From Patescibacteria group bacterium (GTDB lineage Bacteria; Patescibacteriota; Kazan-3B-28), in the NCBI GenBank assembly GCA_041649135.1, contig JBAZNQ010000001.1, positions 291,037-355,036 on the forward strand: a stretch of DNA of 64,000 nt, written 5' to 3'. Below the pieces are notes generated by a model. The model searched no databases. It saw only the letters and a program-made list of their open reading frames with translations, and was not told where the DNA came from. Position numbers and translations under genes: made by a program. This document shows positions 29,811 through 39,308 of this stretch, one piece after another. The number at the start of each line of letters is the position of its first letter. Within the stretch, counting starts at the first letter, position 1.

Positions 29811-30341
29811 CTATCCTACACTGCCCAGCTCCATCCGCACAAACCGACCGATCTTAATGTTTTCCTTAAAGAAAGCAATTTGCTCATTCAGCAAATCTTC
29901 TACCGTCTTGCTGGAATCTTTGACGAACGACTGATTTAACAACACCGCTTCTTTCAAATAGGTCTGTTTATCATCTTGAGCTGATAGTTCATCTGCTGGC
30001 ACATCTGCCTCCAAAACATATTTCGGGTTCATACCGGCAATATGTACCGCTAAATCTCTGGCAAACGCCACAAACCTTTCATCTCTTGCCACAAAATCGG
30101 TTTCCACCATCACTTCTACCAATACCCCAATTTTGCTGCCAGCATGAATATAAGACGCCACCACTCCATTGGCGGCTACCCTCTCGGCTTTCTTGGCGGC
30201 AATCGAAGCCCCACGCGCTTTTAAGATCTCTACCGCTTTATCATAGTCTCCACTAGCCTCCACCAACGCCTGCTTCGCCTCCATCATGCCGGAACCAGTT
30301 AAGTCTCTTAATTGTTTAACTAAATCAGCTTTAATTTCCAT
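29811..30341 (-). CDS. tsf: Elongation factor Ts (short form)
   Basis: VKQLRDLTGSGMMEAK, ETDFVA, ENIKIGRFVR. Confidence 0.97.
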   Translation of the reverse strand: MEIKADLVKQLRDLTGSGMMEAKQALVEASGDYDKAVEILKARGASIAAKKAERVAANGVVASYIHAGSKIGVLVEVMVETDFVARDERFVAFARDLAVHIAGMNPKYVLEADVPADELSAQDDKQTYLKEAVLLNQSFVKDSSKTVEDLLNEQIAFFKENIKIGRFVRMELGSVG

Positions 30342-31110
30342 TTGTCCCCTCCTCTACTTTAACTGCTAGTTCTTCTTCCCCGCCAGCCTTTTCACTATCG
30401 TCTGTTGGCTGATCGCCGGTGGCTAGCGGCCGATCGCTCACCATACAAGCTTCCGCCACTAATTCAGCCACATAACTAATCGCTTTTTTCGCATCATCAT
30501 TAGACGGGATCGGATAATCAATCAAGCTAGGATCAGAATTAGTATCCACCATTGCGATTACCGGCAGCTTCAGTTTTTTTGCCTCCCGTACCGCAATGGC
30601 ATCCTGTAATGTACTCACTACAAAGATTGCCGCTGGCAAATTGCGCATTTCTCTCAAACCGCCCAAGCTGAACTGCAAAGTCTTGTAAACTTTGTCCAAT
30701 TCTGCCCGTTCTTTTTTGGTCATGTCATCAAAATTATTTTTGGCAAAGCGGTCATCAATTTCCCGCATATATTTCAATCGCTTCTTCAGCGTATCGAAAT
30801 TGGTTAATAGCCCGCCCATCCACCGCTCGTCAACGTATGGCATCCCACAAGCTTCTGCCGCCTGCTTAATAATCGGACCAGCTTGTTTCTTTGTCCCAAC
30901 AAAAATAATCTGCTTACCCTCTGTCGCCAGCTCATGCGCAAATTCCAGCGCCGATGTCAGTAGTGGCAAAGTTTTTGTCAGATCAATTAAATGAATGCCA
31001 TCTCTGGCCTCAAAAATATACGAATCCATCTTCGGGTTACGCCGAAAAGTCTGATGCCCAAAGTGCATCCCCGCTTCCATCATCGCTTCGATCGAAATCT
31101 TCTGCTTCAT
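30331..31110 (-). CDS. rpsB: 30S ribosomal protein S2
   Basis: AGMHFGH, RWMGGLLTN, DTNSDP, NDDA; start trimmed to MKQK after a GGAG RBS. Confidence 0.97.
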   Translation of the reverse strand: MKQKISIEAMMEAGMHFGHQTFRRNPKMDSYIFEARDGIHLIDLTKTLPLLTSALEFAHELATEGKQIIFVGTKKQAGPIIKQAAEACGMPYVDERWMGGLLTNFDTLKKRLKYMREIDDRFAKNNFDDMTKKERAELDKVYKTLQFSLGGLREMRNLPAAIFVVSTLQDAIAVREAKKLKLPVIAMVDTNSDPSLIDYPIPSNDDAKKAISYVAELVAEACMVSDRPLATGDQPTDDSEKAGGEEELAVKVEEGTNGN

Positions 31111-31129
31111 ACCTAATTCTCCTTTTATT

Positions 31130-31243
31130 CCTCCCCGCGCCATTTTAATGTCTCGTCTTGAGCTGATTAGCTAGTGATCAGCAGGAGCAGACGATTTTTA
31201 CTCGCACCTAAACTGGCAAGAGTAAAAACGGCGGGGTGTGTTG
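31130..31243 (-). promoter_or_regulatory. Structured rpsB leader (probable S2 autoregulatory RNA)
   Basis: Minus strand cacaccccgccg...tttttactc/gagtaaaaa...ggcgcgggg pairing immediately upstream of rpsB. Confidence 0.55.
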
Positions 31244-31300
31244 ATATACAGTCGGCATCTTAACCGACTCCGGACCATAAGTCAACACCGTCCACATCAT

Positions 31301-32431
31301 TTATAACCCCCTAATCTGGTCTTGTAAGCGGTGGCTATTGACGTGAGTCAGATACCCCAGATACGACTGATACCTATTTTCAAGATTGTCATCCTCTCTA
31401 TCAATAGATCTTTGGAGATTCTTGAACATCCGCTTCACCGTCTTTTTTCTAGGCAAACTATAGTGTGGTAACGCCACATACCCGACATAATCTATACCCC
31501 AATTGAGCTTTCTCAAGGAAATCTTGTCTGGATGAAGAATGAGCTTGAGACGAGTTTTAAGGAACTGGTTTACCTCAACTAGATAACCCATCAGCTCGTC
31601 TGGGTTATTAGCCAAGAAAACGAAATCATCGGCATACCGCAAATAATGTTCGGCTTTCAATCGATGCTTCACGAACTTGTCCAATGGGTCCATATAGATA
31701 TTAGCGAATAGTTGAGAAGTTAAGTTGCCCAGCGGCATTCCTTTGCCATGAGAGTGTTCAAAGCTGTGGATAATATTCTCTAACAAACTAAATAGCTTCT
31801 CGTCGGTGATTCTTTCCCGGAGCAAACCGATCAGAATATCATGGTCGATGCTATCGAAAAACTTGCGAATATCGCACTTGAGAGCGAAGCACGGTCGGAT
31901 GCAATTTTTACTAATTGAACGAGTCATCTGACATAGCCGAGCGAATGCTTTATGTGTCCCTTTCTCATTCCGACAAGAATAGCTGTCAAAACTAAAACTC
32001 ATATCCCATTTAGGATACAAGACCCGATAGATAGCCCTGTGTAACAACCTATCCCTAACAGCCGCCTTACTGATTGTTCTTATTTTAGGATCAACGATCT
32101 GAAATTGACGGTATCTGGTATGCTTATATGTTCCACTCGTCAGATCTCGTTGTAACTGAAATAGGTTATTTTCTAATGTATATTCAAATATTCGCAGGTC
32201 TGTCTTGTTTCGCTTGCCTTTTCGAAACTCATGCCAAGCTGCCAACAGGTTGTCGATGCGGATAACTTCATCAAAAACTCTCTCATGGAAAAAAATTCTT
32301 TTAACGCCCCCCCCCGCACGGATTTGACGAAATCCTGATTGTTTCTCGGTTGTACGGATTTTACAAAGCTTTGCATGATGCTTTGCTGAAATTCCCGAAG
32401 GTTGAACGATATAGTTTGGGACAAACTGCAC
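31301..32431 (-). CDS. DGR reverse transcriptase (start uncertain; G9 tract near the 5' end)
   Basis: KCDIRKFFDSIDH, GMPLGNLTSQLFANIY, YLRYADD, IDYVGY; adjacent TR/VR pair and avd. Confidence 0.95.
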   Translation of the reverse strand: MQFVPNYIVQPSGISAKHHAKLCKIRTTEKQSGFRQIRAGGGVKRIFFHERVFDEVIRIDNLLAAWHEFRKGKRNKTDLRIFEYTLENNLFQLQRDLTSGTYKHTRYRQFQIVDPKIRTISKAAVRDRLLHRAIYRVLYPKWDMSFSFDSYSCRNEKGTHKAFARLCQMTRSISKNCIRPCFALKCDIRKFFDSIDHDILIGLLRERITDEKLFSLLENIIHSFEHSHGKGMPLGNLTSQLFANIYMDPLDKFVKHRLKAEHYLRYADDFVFLANNPDELMGYLVEVNQFLKTRLKLILHPDKISLRKLNWGIDYVGYVALPHYSLPRKKTVKRMFKNLQRSIDREDDNLENRYQSYLGYLTHVNSHRLQDQIRGL

Positions 32432-32667
32432 AGAATGCCACTCTCGGATTGATCGAATTGTTGATTTCCGCTAGTAAAACAAGTCAACCACAACGAAAAT
32501 CCGACTGTTTGACATTAGCCAACACAAAACTAGAAATGATCAAACTGTTCTTGCGCTTGTCCAAAGACGTGAACGCGCTAACAGATAGAAGATATCTTGA
32601 GCTCCAATCCATCCTCCAAGAGGTCGGCAAAATGCTCGGAGGATGGATCAGATCTGTTAAGCGGTAG
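32285..32667 (+). CDS. avd: DGR accessory variability determinant Avd; ATG 32285 is out of frame at the C9 tract, in-frame TTG at 32350
   Basis: YKALH...KFPKVERYSLG...LRLSKD...EVGKMLGGWI bAvd signature. Confidence 0.88.
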
Positions 32668-32679
32668 CAGAGGGTACTA

Positions 32680-32789
32680 CCGGGCAACGGCGCCATAGTT
32701 CCAATTGCGATTCGAGCGGTTGTCGTAGTTGACGTTCAGACCATCGTCAGTATTGAATTCGACATTCAGCGAGTTGTCAGCGTCGTGCG
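32680..32789 (-). other. DGR template repeat (TR)
   Basis: 110-bp copy of the VR, rich in AAC/AAT codons on the - strand; all 18 differences from VR fall at TR adenines. Confidence 0.97.
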
Positions 32790-33021
32790 ATATAGCCCCT
32801 GTCTCATCCGTGTCACCGCCGAGGATATAGTATCTATCGGCTGTATTTTATTTGCGTCTTGTATAAACGCGTCGAAGACGGAGCAAGAAGTTCTCTCTGC
32901 TAGTTAGCTCTCCCAACCGCTCAAATTAAACGGTTGGCTCTGGCTGTCCAGATGAGAGGAAACGATGAACAGAGACAGAGCGTCTCTGCTGCACTACCAT
33001 TTCATCAATATTATACAAAAA

Positions 33022-33049
33022 TGCCCTGCTTCCCGTGAGAAGCAGGGCA
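33022..33049 (-). terminator. Hairpin/terminator downstream of the DGR target gene
   Basis: 11-bp perfect stem tgccctgcttc/gaagcagggca followed by a T run on the - strand. Confidence 0.75.
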
Positions 33050-33091
33050 GGCCCAAGGGCCAAATCACAAATTGATAAAAGGTCCAGGGGT

Positions 33092-33868
33092 TCAAGGCAC
33101 GAGGGGCTTGAACTTCCGGGCAACGGCGCCATAGCCCCAATAGCGATCCGAGCGGTCGCCGTAGCCGACGCGCAGACCACCGTCAGTACTGAATCCGACA
33201 CTCAGCGAGTCGGCAGCGCCGCGCGCATACGAGTTGCGACACCTGATCCAGCCACCCATAAAGAGGACCCGACCGAAGGCCATAAAGTGACGGATCATCA
33301 GGTAAAGGGCTTCCTCCGCTGATGTTAGACCATCGCCGCCTTGCTCGATCGCCCACGTATTATGTTCGTCGGCGTTGAGGTTGAAGGGCCGATGTTCTGC
33401 ATCCGTCGAGTTCATGATCGCCGAGAGGTCGCACTCGATCGTGCCCGCTTCGGTGACCAGCTCTTCGCCATCGCAGTTCGGTGACGAATTAATCTTCATC
33501 CCAATCTTACGCGCCAGCCCGATGAGATGGGTGCGGTTCAGCCCACCCGGAATAAAGTAGTGATTTATGCCAGAGTCGCCTCGCAGAGCGCGGCGCACTT
33601 CATCCGGTATGCCACCATCTTCTTCGGCGAGCCCGAGCCGGATTAAGGCCTGGGCTTCGCGCTCGAGCCACTCCTGCGGGGTAATCTCGTTAACCACCAA
33701 CTTACCGGTCATAGCGAGCCACACTTGGTGACGGTAGACCGGGTCGTCGATGATCCGCTGGAAACAGCGGAGGACAGTTTCGAGGTTATCGCCAGATAGT
33801 GTCACTAGACGCTTGACGGCCTCCCCGAGGATAAACAGCGAATTCATGATGAAGTTCACGGATGACAT
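33092..33868 (-). CDS. DGR target protein with a C-terminal variable region (CLec-like fold inferred)
   Basis: VR at 33116-33225 encodes ARGAADSLSVGFSTDGGLRVGYGDRSDRYWGYGAVAR; GAGGTG RBS; no signal peptide. Confidence 0.93.
   Translation of the reverse strand: MSSVNFIMNSLFILGEAVKRLVTLSGDNLETVLRCFQRIIDDPVYRHQVWLAMTGKLVVNEITPQEWLEREAQALIRLGLAEEDGGIPDEVRRALRGDSGINHYFIPGGLNRTHLIGLARKIGMKINSSPNCDGEELVTEAGTIECDLSAIMNSTDAEHRPFNLNADEHNTWAIEQGGDGLTSAEEALYLMIRHFMAFGRVLFMGGWIRCRNSYARGAADSLSVGFSTDGGLRVGYGDRSDRYWGYGAVARKFKPLVP
33116..33225 (-). repeat. DGR variable repeat (VR)
   Basis: 92/110 identical to TR, with adenine-specific substitutions. Confidence 0.97.
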
Positions 33869-34034
33869 ATCCGTACACCTCGCTCATTGTAAAGTTGCTG
33901 GTGGGTGTCGTCAACTAGGGTTAACGCCTGAAAATCACAGGTCCACCATACACCGCCAAGATAACAGAAAAAACCACCTGAAGTCAAGTGATTTTCTACT
34001 CTGGAAGCAACTTTTTCTACATACCCAAGACCCC

Positions 34035-37000
34035 CTAATTATCCAAACCCGACTGATCAGATTGTTGGGGTTGGTTAGACCCGCCTCCCCATTGGTCAGA
34101 TTGTCGAGATTGATTAGATTGGTGCAGATTGGTTAGATTGTCTGGCAATTCTCCCCACAACCCAACCCCAGGTTCTACTAGCGGCCGGTTTTCCGAAGTC
34201 ATCGGTATAGCTTGCATCGGATTGACTGGCCAGACTGCCTGCCCACTTTGGTTATTGGTCATTGGATATTGGATATTATCCCGCCGGCGGCGGGATCCAA
34301 ACCACTTTCCCATCGCATCAAACCAAACATACAGGATCGGAGTGGTCACAAATGACAAGAAACCAGACACGATAATCCCAAAGACAATGACCGTCGCCAA
34401 CCCTCTCCAGAATGGCGAGAATAGTGCCAACGGCATTAATCCGGCAAAGATAGTCATCTTAGTTAGCAAGATCGGTTTAAACCGAACTGTGATCGAAGTG
34501 GCAATTGCCTCTTGTGCGCTCATCCCCTTCGCTCGCATTTGATTCGCAAAATCAATGATCAGAATTGTAACGTTTACTACGATCCCCGCCATCGCTACCA
34601 CCCCCAATAATTCCAAGAAGCCTAATTGACCAGTCGCAATTGCTACGGCTGGGAATACTCCAATAAAACCTAATGGCACAGCAAATAAAATAATTATTGG
34701 CGACAAGATTGATCTAAAGAAGCCAACCAGAATTATGTAAATCAGGAATAAGGCAATAATTAACGCAATGAACAGCTGGCCGAATGATTCCGTTATTGCC
34801 CCCGCTACCCCTTCCGTTTCCGTTGCGCTTTCGGCATCCAGCCCTAAAGCGTCTAATTTATCATCATCCAAATATTTGGTTAGCTCCGACTGTACCTTTA
34901 ATGGGTCAGTCTCACTATCTACTTTTGCTCTGATCGTCACATATCGTTTGCCATCCAATCTTTCAATGCTCTGCGCTGCTTGTGCTTCAGTTCCGGTAAT
35001 TAAATTATCAACCGTTGGGACACTAATTACTCCGGTCATGGTACTACCGACCGCAGTTGATACCGGCAATTGTTTAATTTCATCCAGACTATCGATCGTC
35101 TTATCCATCTTGGTGATGACCTTATACACCTCGTCATCTAGTTTCAGATTTATCACCTCCGTCTCGTCTAGCTGATTCTTAACCACATTCGCCAAAGCTA
35201 ACGGATTCAAGTTCATTAAATTATTAGTGTCCAAGACTAATGCCGTTCCGCTACTCTTGTCATCAACCTTCAATGAGTTTTCTGTTTTGGTCACACCATC
35301 TTGAGTTTTCAAAAATTCCTCCACATCATTGGCTGCTTTTTGTAGTTTGTCTAAATCTTGATCAAACAACCGGATGCTCACCGGATACGCCTCCTGTGGT
35401 GGAGCTGATTCGTCCATCGTCGCTACTACTTCTGCGCCCTGTAACCCACCAAAGTAATCATTCGCATCCTCCACTAATTTAGCGGCCGTTCTTAAATCTT
35501 CGTCCTGACGTTCTACCATTGGGAACAGTTCCGCCACCATCACGAAGGAATTCCCCGTCTGTTCATAAACCGCAAATTTACTTACTTCTTTCTGCTTTGA
35601 CAAATACTGCTGGACCGGGTCAATAACTTTTATCGCTTTATCAAATGCCCACCGGTCGCTCAACGTACCAGTTATCATCACCATGTCGGCATCGCCAGTC
35701 GAAGCAAACTGCACAACCTTAACTTGCTCTGTGGCGATAAATGCTCCCCCAATTGCTATTGGCGCAATAATTGCCGCCAGAATGATCAAGCCTCTCGCTA
35801 CTTGTTTGCCAACCCCATTCCCCAACAAATTGGTTACTAATCGCCCAATCCATTTTGAGACTGCCCAAACCCCAACCAATTCCGACTTACCATCTGCCTG
35901 CGATTGAACTTTTTTGCTTGGCTTCAACCAATTAGCGCCAACCGGCAAGAAAAATAAAGTCGGTACGATAAAGGACGACACCACTGCCGGAATAACTGTC
36001 TGGGGAATATATTGGATGATTTGTCCAAAAAATCCCGACACCACTCCGAATGGAATAAATACCACAAAATTAGCGATAGCTGACAAGAGCACCCCCAATC
36101 CTACTGCGTTAAAAGTTTTGATTGCCGCCTCTTTACCGGAATAGCCTTGTTCCCGATATCGTTGCATCGCCTCCAAAAACACGATCGTCGGGTCAACTAC
36201 CAGCCCGACCACCAAGATCATTGAAAACAATACGATCGTATTAATTGAAATCCCCGCTAGCTTCAAATAAGCAGTCGTCATCCCGAGCGCTAACGGGATC
36301 GATAATCCAGCCAAGACTGCTACTCGCCAGTTCACAAAGATCAGCAAGAACAGCACCACCAAAGTAATCCCGCCGAACAGATAACCGATCACCCCCAACG
36401 ATCCTAATGCCTCTATATTGCCGCCGATAATACTCTTCTTGATCTCCGATAATTGATCACCAGTATATTTGGCTACGTCATACACTTTGATGATCCTGAC
36501 ATTGCCAGACAATCGCGAATCGTCTTCCAGTTCCGCATATTTATCGTCCAACCGTTCGCCTAAAGCTAACACGTCTTCGTTGGTCTCTGCCATTACCCAA
36601 AGCACAACCGCTCGGTCAATCCGCATCCCGCCCGCATCTTCGATTGCTTCATCACCATCATTCTCTCTGGAACCAACTCGATTGTAGTAATCGTTGTTAT
36701 TAATCGTCTGTTTAATCGTCGCAATATCTTTCAATCTGACATTTGGGCCGATCAACATATTCTCTAACTCACTTATTTCGGTCAGCGGCCGTTTGACGCT
36801 TAGAGAGTACTTATCTTGTTGTTCATCATAAAAAGATCCCAACGGCATCTCAAATTGAGCCGCTTTCAGTAGCGCCTCAACCTGTGTCCGCTGGATTCCC
36901 ATTTGGGAGAGCTTCGCACTATCAAACGTAATTTCGATCTCTGGCGTTAACGGATTGCTGATCTTAACTTCTTTTACCCCCTTAACTGTCTCCAGCTCAT

Positions 37001-37505
37001 CAACGATAATTTTTGCTTTTTCATACAATTCCCAATCCGCTCCACTATTTGAGTTATCCAAAGTTACCGCCAACATGACTGTCGGGCCCATCACATCAAT
37101 TTCTTTTGCTTTTGGTTTATCAACGCCTTCTGGCAATTCCACACCGGCTAACTTCCCTTCCAAGTCCTGCATCGCACTTGTCATCTCGGTCTTGTCATCA
37201 AATGTCACCGTCATTACCGCAAATGAATCGTTGGCTGCTGCCGTATACTCATCTACCGATTTAACTTCGGCAATTGCCCGCTCAATCGGTTTGACGATCT
37301 TGTCTTCCACTTGCAAGGCCGATGCTCCCGGATACGTTGCCGTGATCACCGCCATATTCAAATTCATACTGGGGAAACCCTGTGGCTGGAAGAAATAAAA
37401 CGATACCGAACCAGCGATCACCACAAATACAAACAACAAAGCCACGATCTGCCCGTTGTTGAAAATCAGATTTATGAATTTTCGCCCAAAACTTCTATCG
37501 CCCAT
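34035..37505 (-). CDS. RND (AcrB/SwrC-like) efflux transporter
   Basis: TYPGASA..VED, GLVVD, GIVVN..ILIIDF, VRFKPILLT; two TM bundles; start trimmed to MGDRSF. Confidence 0.93.
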   Translation of the reverse strand: MGDRSFGRKFINLIFNNGQIVALLFVFVVIAGSVSFYFFQPQGFPSMNLNMAVITATYPGASALQVEDKIVKPIERAIAEVKSVDEYTAAANDSFAVMTVTFDDKTEMTSAMQDLEGKLAGVELPEGVDKPKAKEIDVMGPTVMLAVTLDNSNSGADWELYEKAKIIVDELETVKGVKEVKISNPLTPEIEITFDSAKLSQMGIQRTQVEALLKAAQFEMPLGSFYDEQQDKYSLSVKRPLTEISELENMLIGPNVRLKDIATIKQTINNNDYYNRVGSRENDGDEAIEDAGGMRIDRAVVLWVMAETNEDVLALGERLDDKYAELEDDSRLSGNVRIIKVYDVAKYTGDQLSEIKKSIIGGNIEALGSLGVIGYLFGGITLVVLFLLIFVNWRVAVLAGLSIPLALGMTTAYLKLAGISINTIVLFSMILVVGLVVDPTIVFLEAMQRYREQGYSGKEAAIKTFNAVGLGVLLSAIANFVVFIPFGVVSGFFGQIIQYIPQTVIPAVVSSFIVPTLFFLPVGANWLKPSKKVQSQADGKSELVGVWAVSKWIGRLVTNLLGNGVGKQVARGLIILAAIIAPIAIGGAFIATEQVKVVQFASTGDADMVMITGTLSDRWAFDKAIKVIDPVQQYLSKQKEVSKFAVYEQTGNSFVMVAELFPMVERQDEDLRTAAKLVEDANDYFGGLQGAEVVATMDESAPPQEAYPVSIRLFDQDLDKLQKAANDVEEFLKTQDGVTKTENSLKVDDKSSGTALVLDTNNLMNLNPLALANVVKNQLDETEVINLKLDDEVYKVITKMDKTIDSLDEIKQLPVSTAVGSTMTGVISVPTVDNLITGTEAQAAQSIERLDGKRYVTIRAKVDSETDPLKVQSELTKYLDDDKLDALGLDAESATETEGVAGAITESFGQLFIALIIALFLIYIILVGFFRSILSPIIILFAVPLGFIGVFPAVAIATGQLGFLELLGVVAMAGIVVNVTILIIDFANQMRAKGMSAQEAIATSITVRFKPILLTKMTIFAGLMPLALFSPFWRGLATVIVFGIIVSGFLSFVTTPILYVWFDAMGKWFGSRRRRDNIQYPMTNNQSGQAVWPVNPMQAIPMTSENRPLVEPGVGLWGELPDNLTNLHQSNQSRQSDQWGGGSNQPQQSDQSGLDN

Positions 37506-37901
37506 CGAATTTGTCCCGTTAGAGTCAGTATGCTCGGCTACCAAGCCGCTTAACCACCCACAAGACCATTCTCCCCCGAGAACCATGCCCCATTAGGAGT
37601 AAAAACTCCAACGGGATACTCTCGTTAGAGTACCCAAAAACTCGCCTCCAGTCAAGGAAAGCCCAACCGCTTGGTTATTGGTTATTGGATACCGTAGGTC
37701 CTTCCGTAGCTTTAGCGGAGAAAGAGGGAGAATTGGATATTACGGCACAGTCGCCTTTAAAAACCCAACTGCCTTGGTGATCGGATATTGATTATTGAAT
37801 ATTACGGCAAAGGTCCATGCTTCGCTCTTCAAGCTTCGCAGGACAGTCTTCGCTTTTTATAGTTGGCAAAACCAGGCGTAGCTACTAAAGATAGCGAAGA
37901 C

Positions 37902-37976
37902 TGGTGGACCCGGGTGGGATCGAACCACCGACCTTTCCGATGTGAACGGAACGCTCTACCACTGAGCCACGAGTCC
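37902..37976 (-). tRNA. tRNA-Val(CAC)
   Basis: GGACTCG TGGCTCAGTGGTAGAGC G TTCCG TTCACAT CGGAA AGGTC GGTGG TTCGATC CCACC CGGGTCC ACCA forms a full cloverleaf with encoded CCA. Confidence 0.97.
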
Positions 37977-38228
37977 TTACTTTTATCATAACCAACTGCG
38001 TAGTCCGCCAAAGCGATATCTATACGCCAAGAGGCTAATGACCTATTTGGCGTGAGATCGAGCGATCGCGATCCTTCCATAGCTTTAGCGAAGGAGGACG
38101 GCGGAAGCTAATCGCCCACAAAATAATTTTACCCTTCCTAGCCCCTAACCCCCAAACCCTAAATGCTAGATACTAGATGCTAGATACTAGCCAGTACTAT
38201 ATAATGAAAAGGAATTTTGTAAATCTCT

Positions 38229-38885
38229 ATGGTTGAAGATATGTTTGACTCCGTTGAAGACGGAGGCCATAAATCATCTGGTCGTTCATCACGCCAACGT
38301 ATTCCCCAACGGAGTATGTGGTTGACTGTCGTAGTCGCTGGAGCGCTGTTTATTTATGATGTTTTCAAAACCGTTGCCACCGTCTTGGGTGTAGCGTTTA
38401 TGATTCGGTTCTTCTTAATTCAGCCTTTCTACGTTTCCGGCCCATCAATGGAACCAAATTTCCATAATAACGAATACATCATCGTTGATCAGGTTACTTA
38501 TCGTTTCCGCCAACCACATCGCGGTGATGTGATCGTTTTCAAGTGGCCGCAAAACATTTCCGTCTCTTTCATTAAGCGAGTCATCGCCACACCCGGCGAA
38601 ACCGTCGAAGTCCGCGATGGTCAAATCTACATTTACAACAAAACCTATCCCAATGGCGTTCTGCTTCAAGAACCCTACATCGACGTTAGTACCTCTACTG
38701 ATGTCAAACGTACTCTAAGCGAAGATGAGTACTTTGTCATGGGCGACAATCGCAGCAATAGTTCCGACTCACGCATGTGGGGCCCTGTACCCCGTCACCT
38801 CATTACCGGTAAAGTCTGGGTAGTCATTTACCCATTCGAAGATTTTCACACCATCCCGCATCCCGCCTACAGTAAGGGACTATAA
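38229..38885 (+). CDS. lepB: Signal peptidase I
   Basis: SGPSMEP, FIKRVI, MGDNRSNSSDSR. Confidence 0.96.
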   Translation: MVEDMFDSVEDGGHKSSGRSSRQRIPQRSMWLTVVVAGALFIYDVFKTVATVLGVAFMIRFFLIQPFYVSGPSMEPNFHNNEYIIVDQVTYRFRQPHRGDVIVFKWPQNISVSFIKRVIATPGETVEVRDGQIYIYNKTYPNGVLLQEPYIDVSTSTDVKRTLSEDEYFVMGDNRSNSSDSRMWGPVPRHLITGKVWVVIYPFEDFHTIPHPAYSKGL

Positions 38886-38917
38886 AACAGTTAAAAGTTA
38901 ATAATTAATAGTTAAAA

Positions 38918-39283
38918 ATGGCAATTGACGATAACCCCATCTACAACCGTAGCTGTGACTTTGCAAAAGCAACCATTGCCATATTACGAACAATCCATCA
39001 GGACCCGATTACTCGACCGCTTATTAGTCAACTCGTTAGATCATCTACCTCGATTGGCGCAAATTTGAGTGAAGCTACCTTTGGAACAAGTCGAAAAGAC
39101 TTTATTAGCAAAGTCACCATTGCCCTCAAAGAAGCGCACGAAAGTCTATACTGGTTAGACTTGCTGGAATCCTCCAATTACATAGACACGTCGCAGGCTA
39201 ACCAGTTGAAGAATGAAGCACGAGAGATTAGAAAAATCTTGGCTACTATCAAATTAAAAACTGCCGAAAAGGCAGTTCCCTAA
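38918..39283 (+). CDS. Four-helix-bundle protein (23S rRNA IVP / bAvd-like family)
   Basis: QLVRSSTSIGANLSEA...SRKDFISKVTIALKEAHESLYWL. Confidence 0.92.
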   Translation: MAIDDNPIYNRSCDFAKATIAILRTIHQDPITRPLISQLVRSSTSIGANLSEATFGTSRKDFISKVTIALKEAHESLYWLDLLESSNYIDTSQANQLKNEAREIRKILATIKLKTAEKAVP

Positions 39284-39308
39284 ATTTTTCACTTTTCACT
39301 CTTAACTT

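Noticed and set aside
31301-32431. RT as a group II intron or retron
   Set aside because: An adenine-specific TR/VR pair and avd are adjacent; no intron domain V/VI or msr/msd was recognised.
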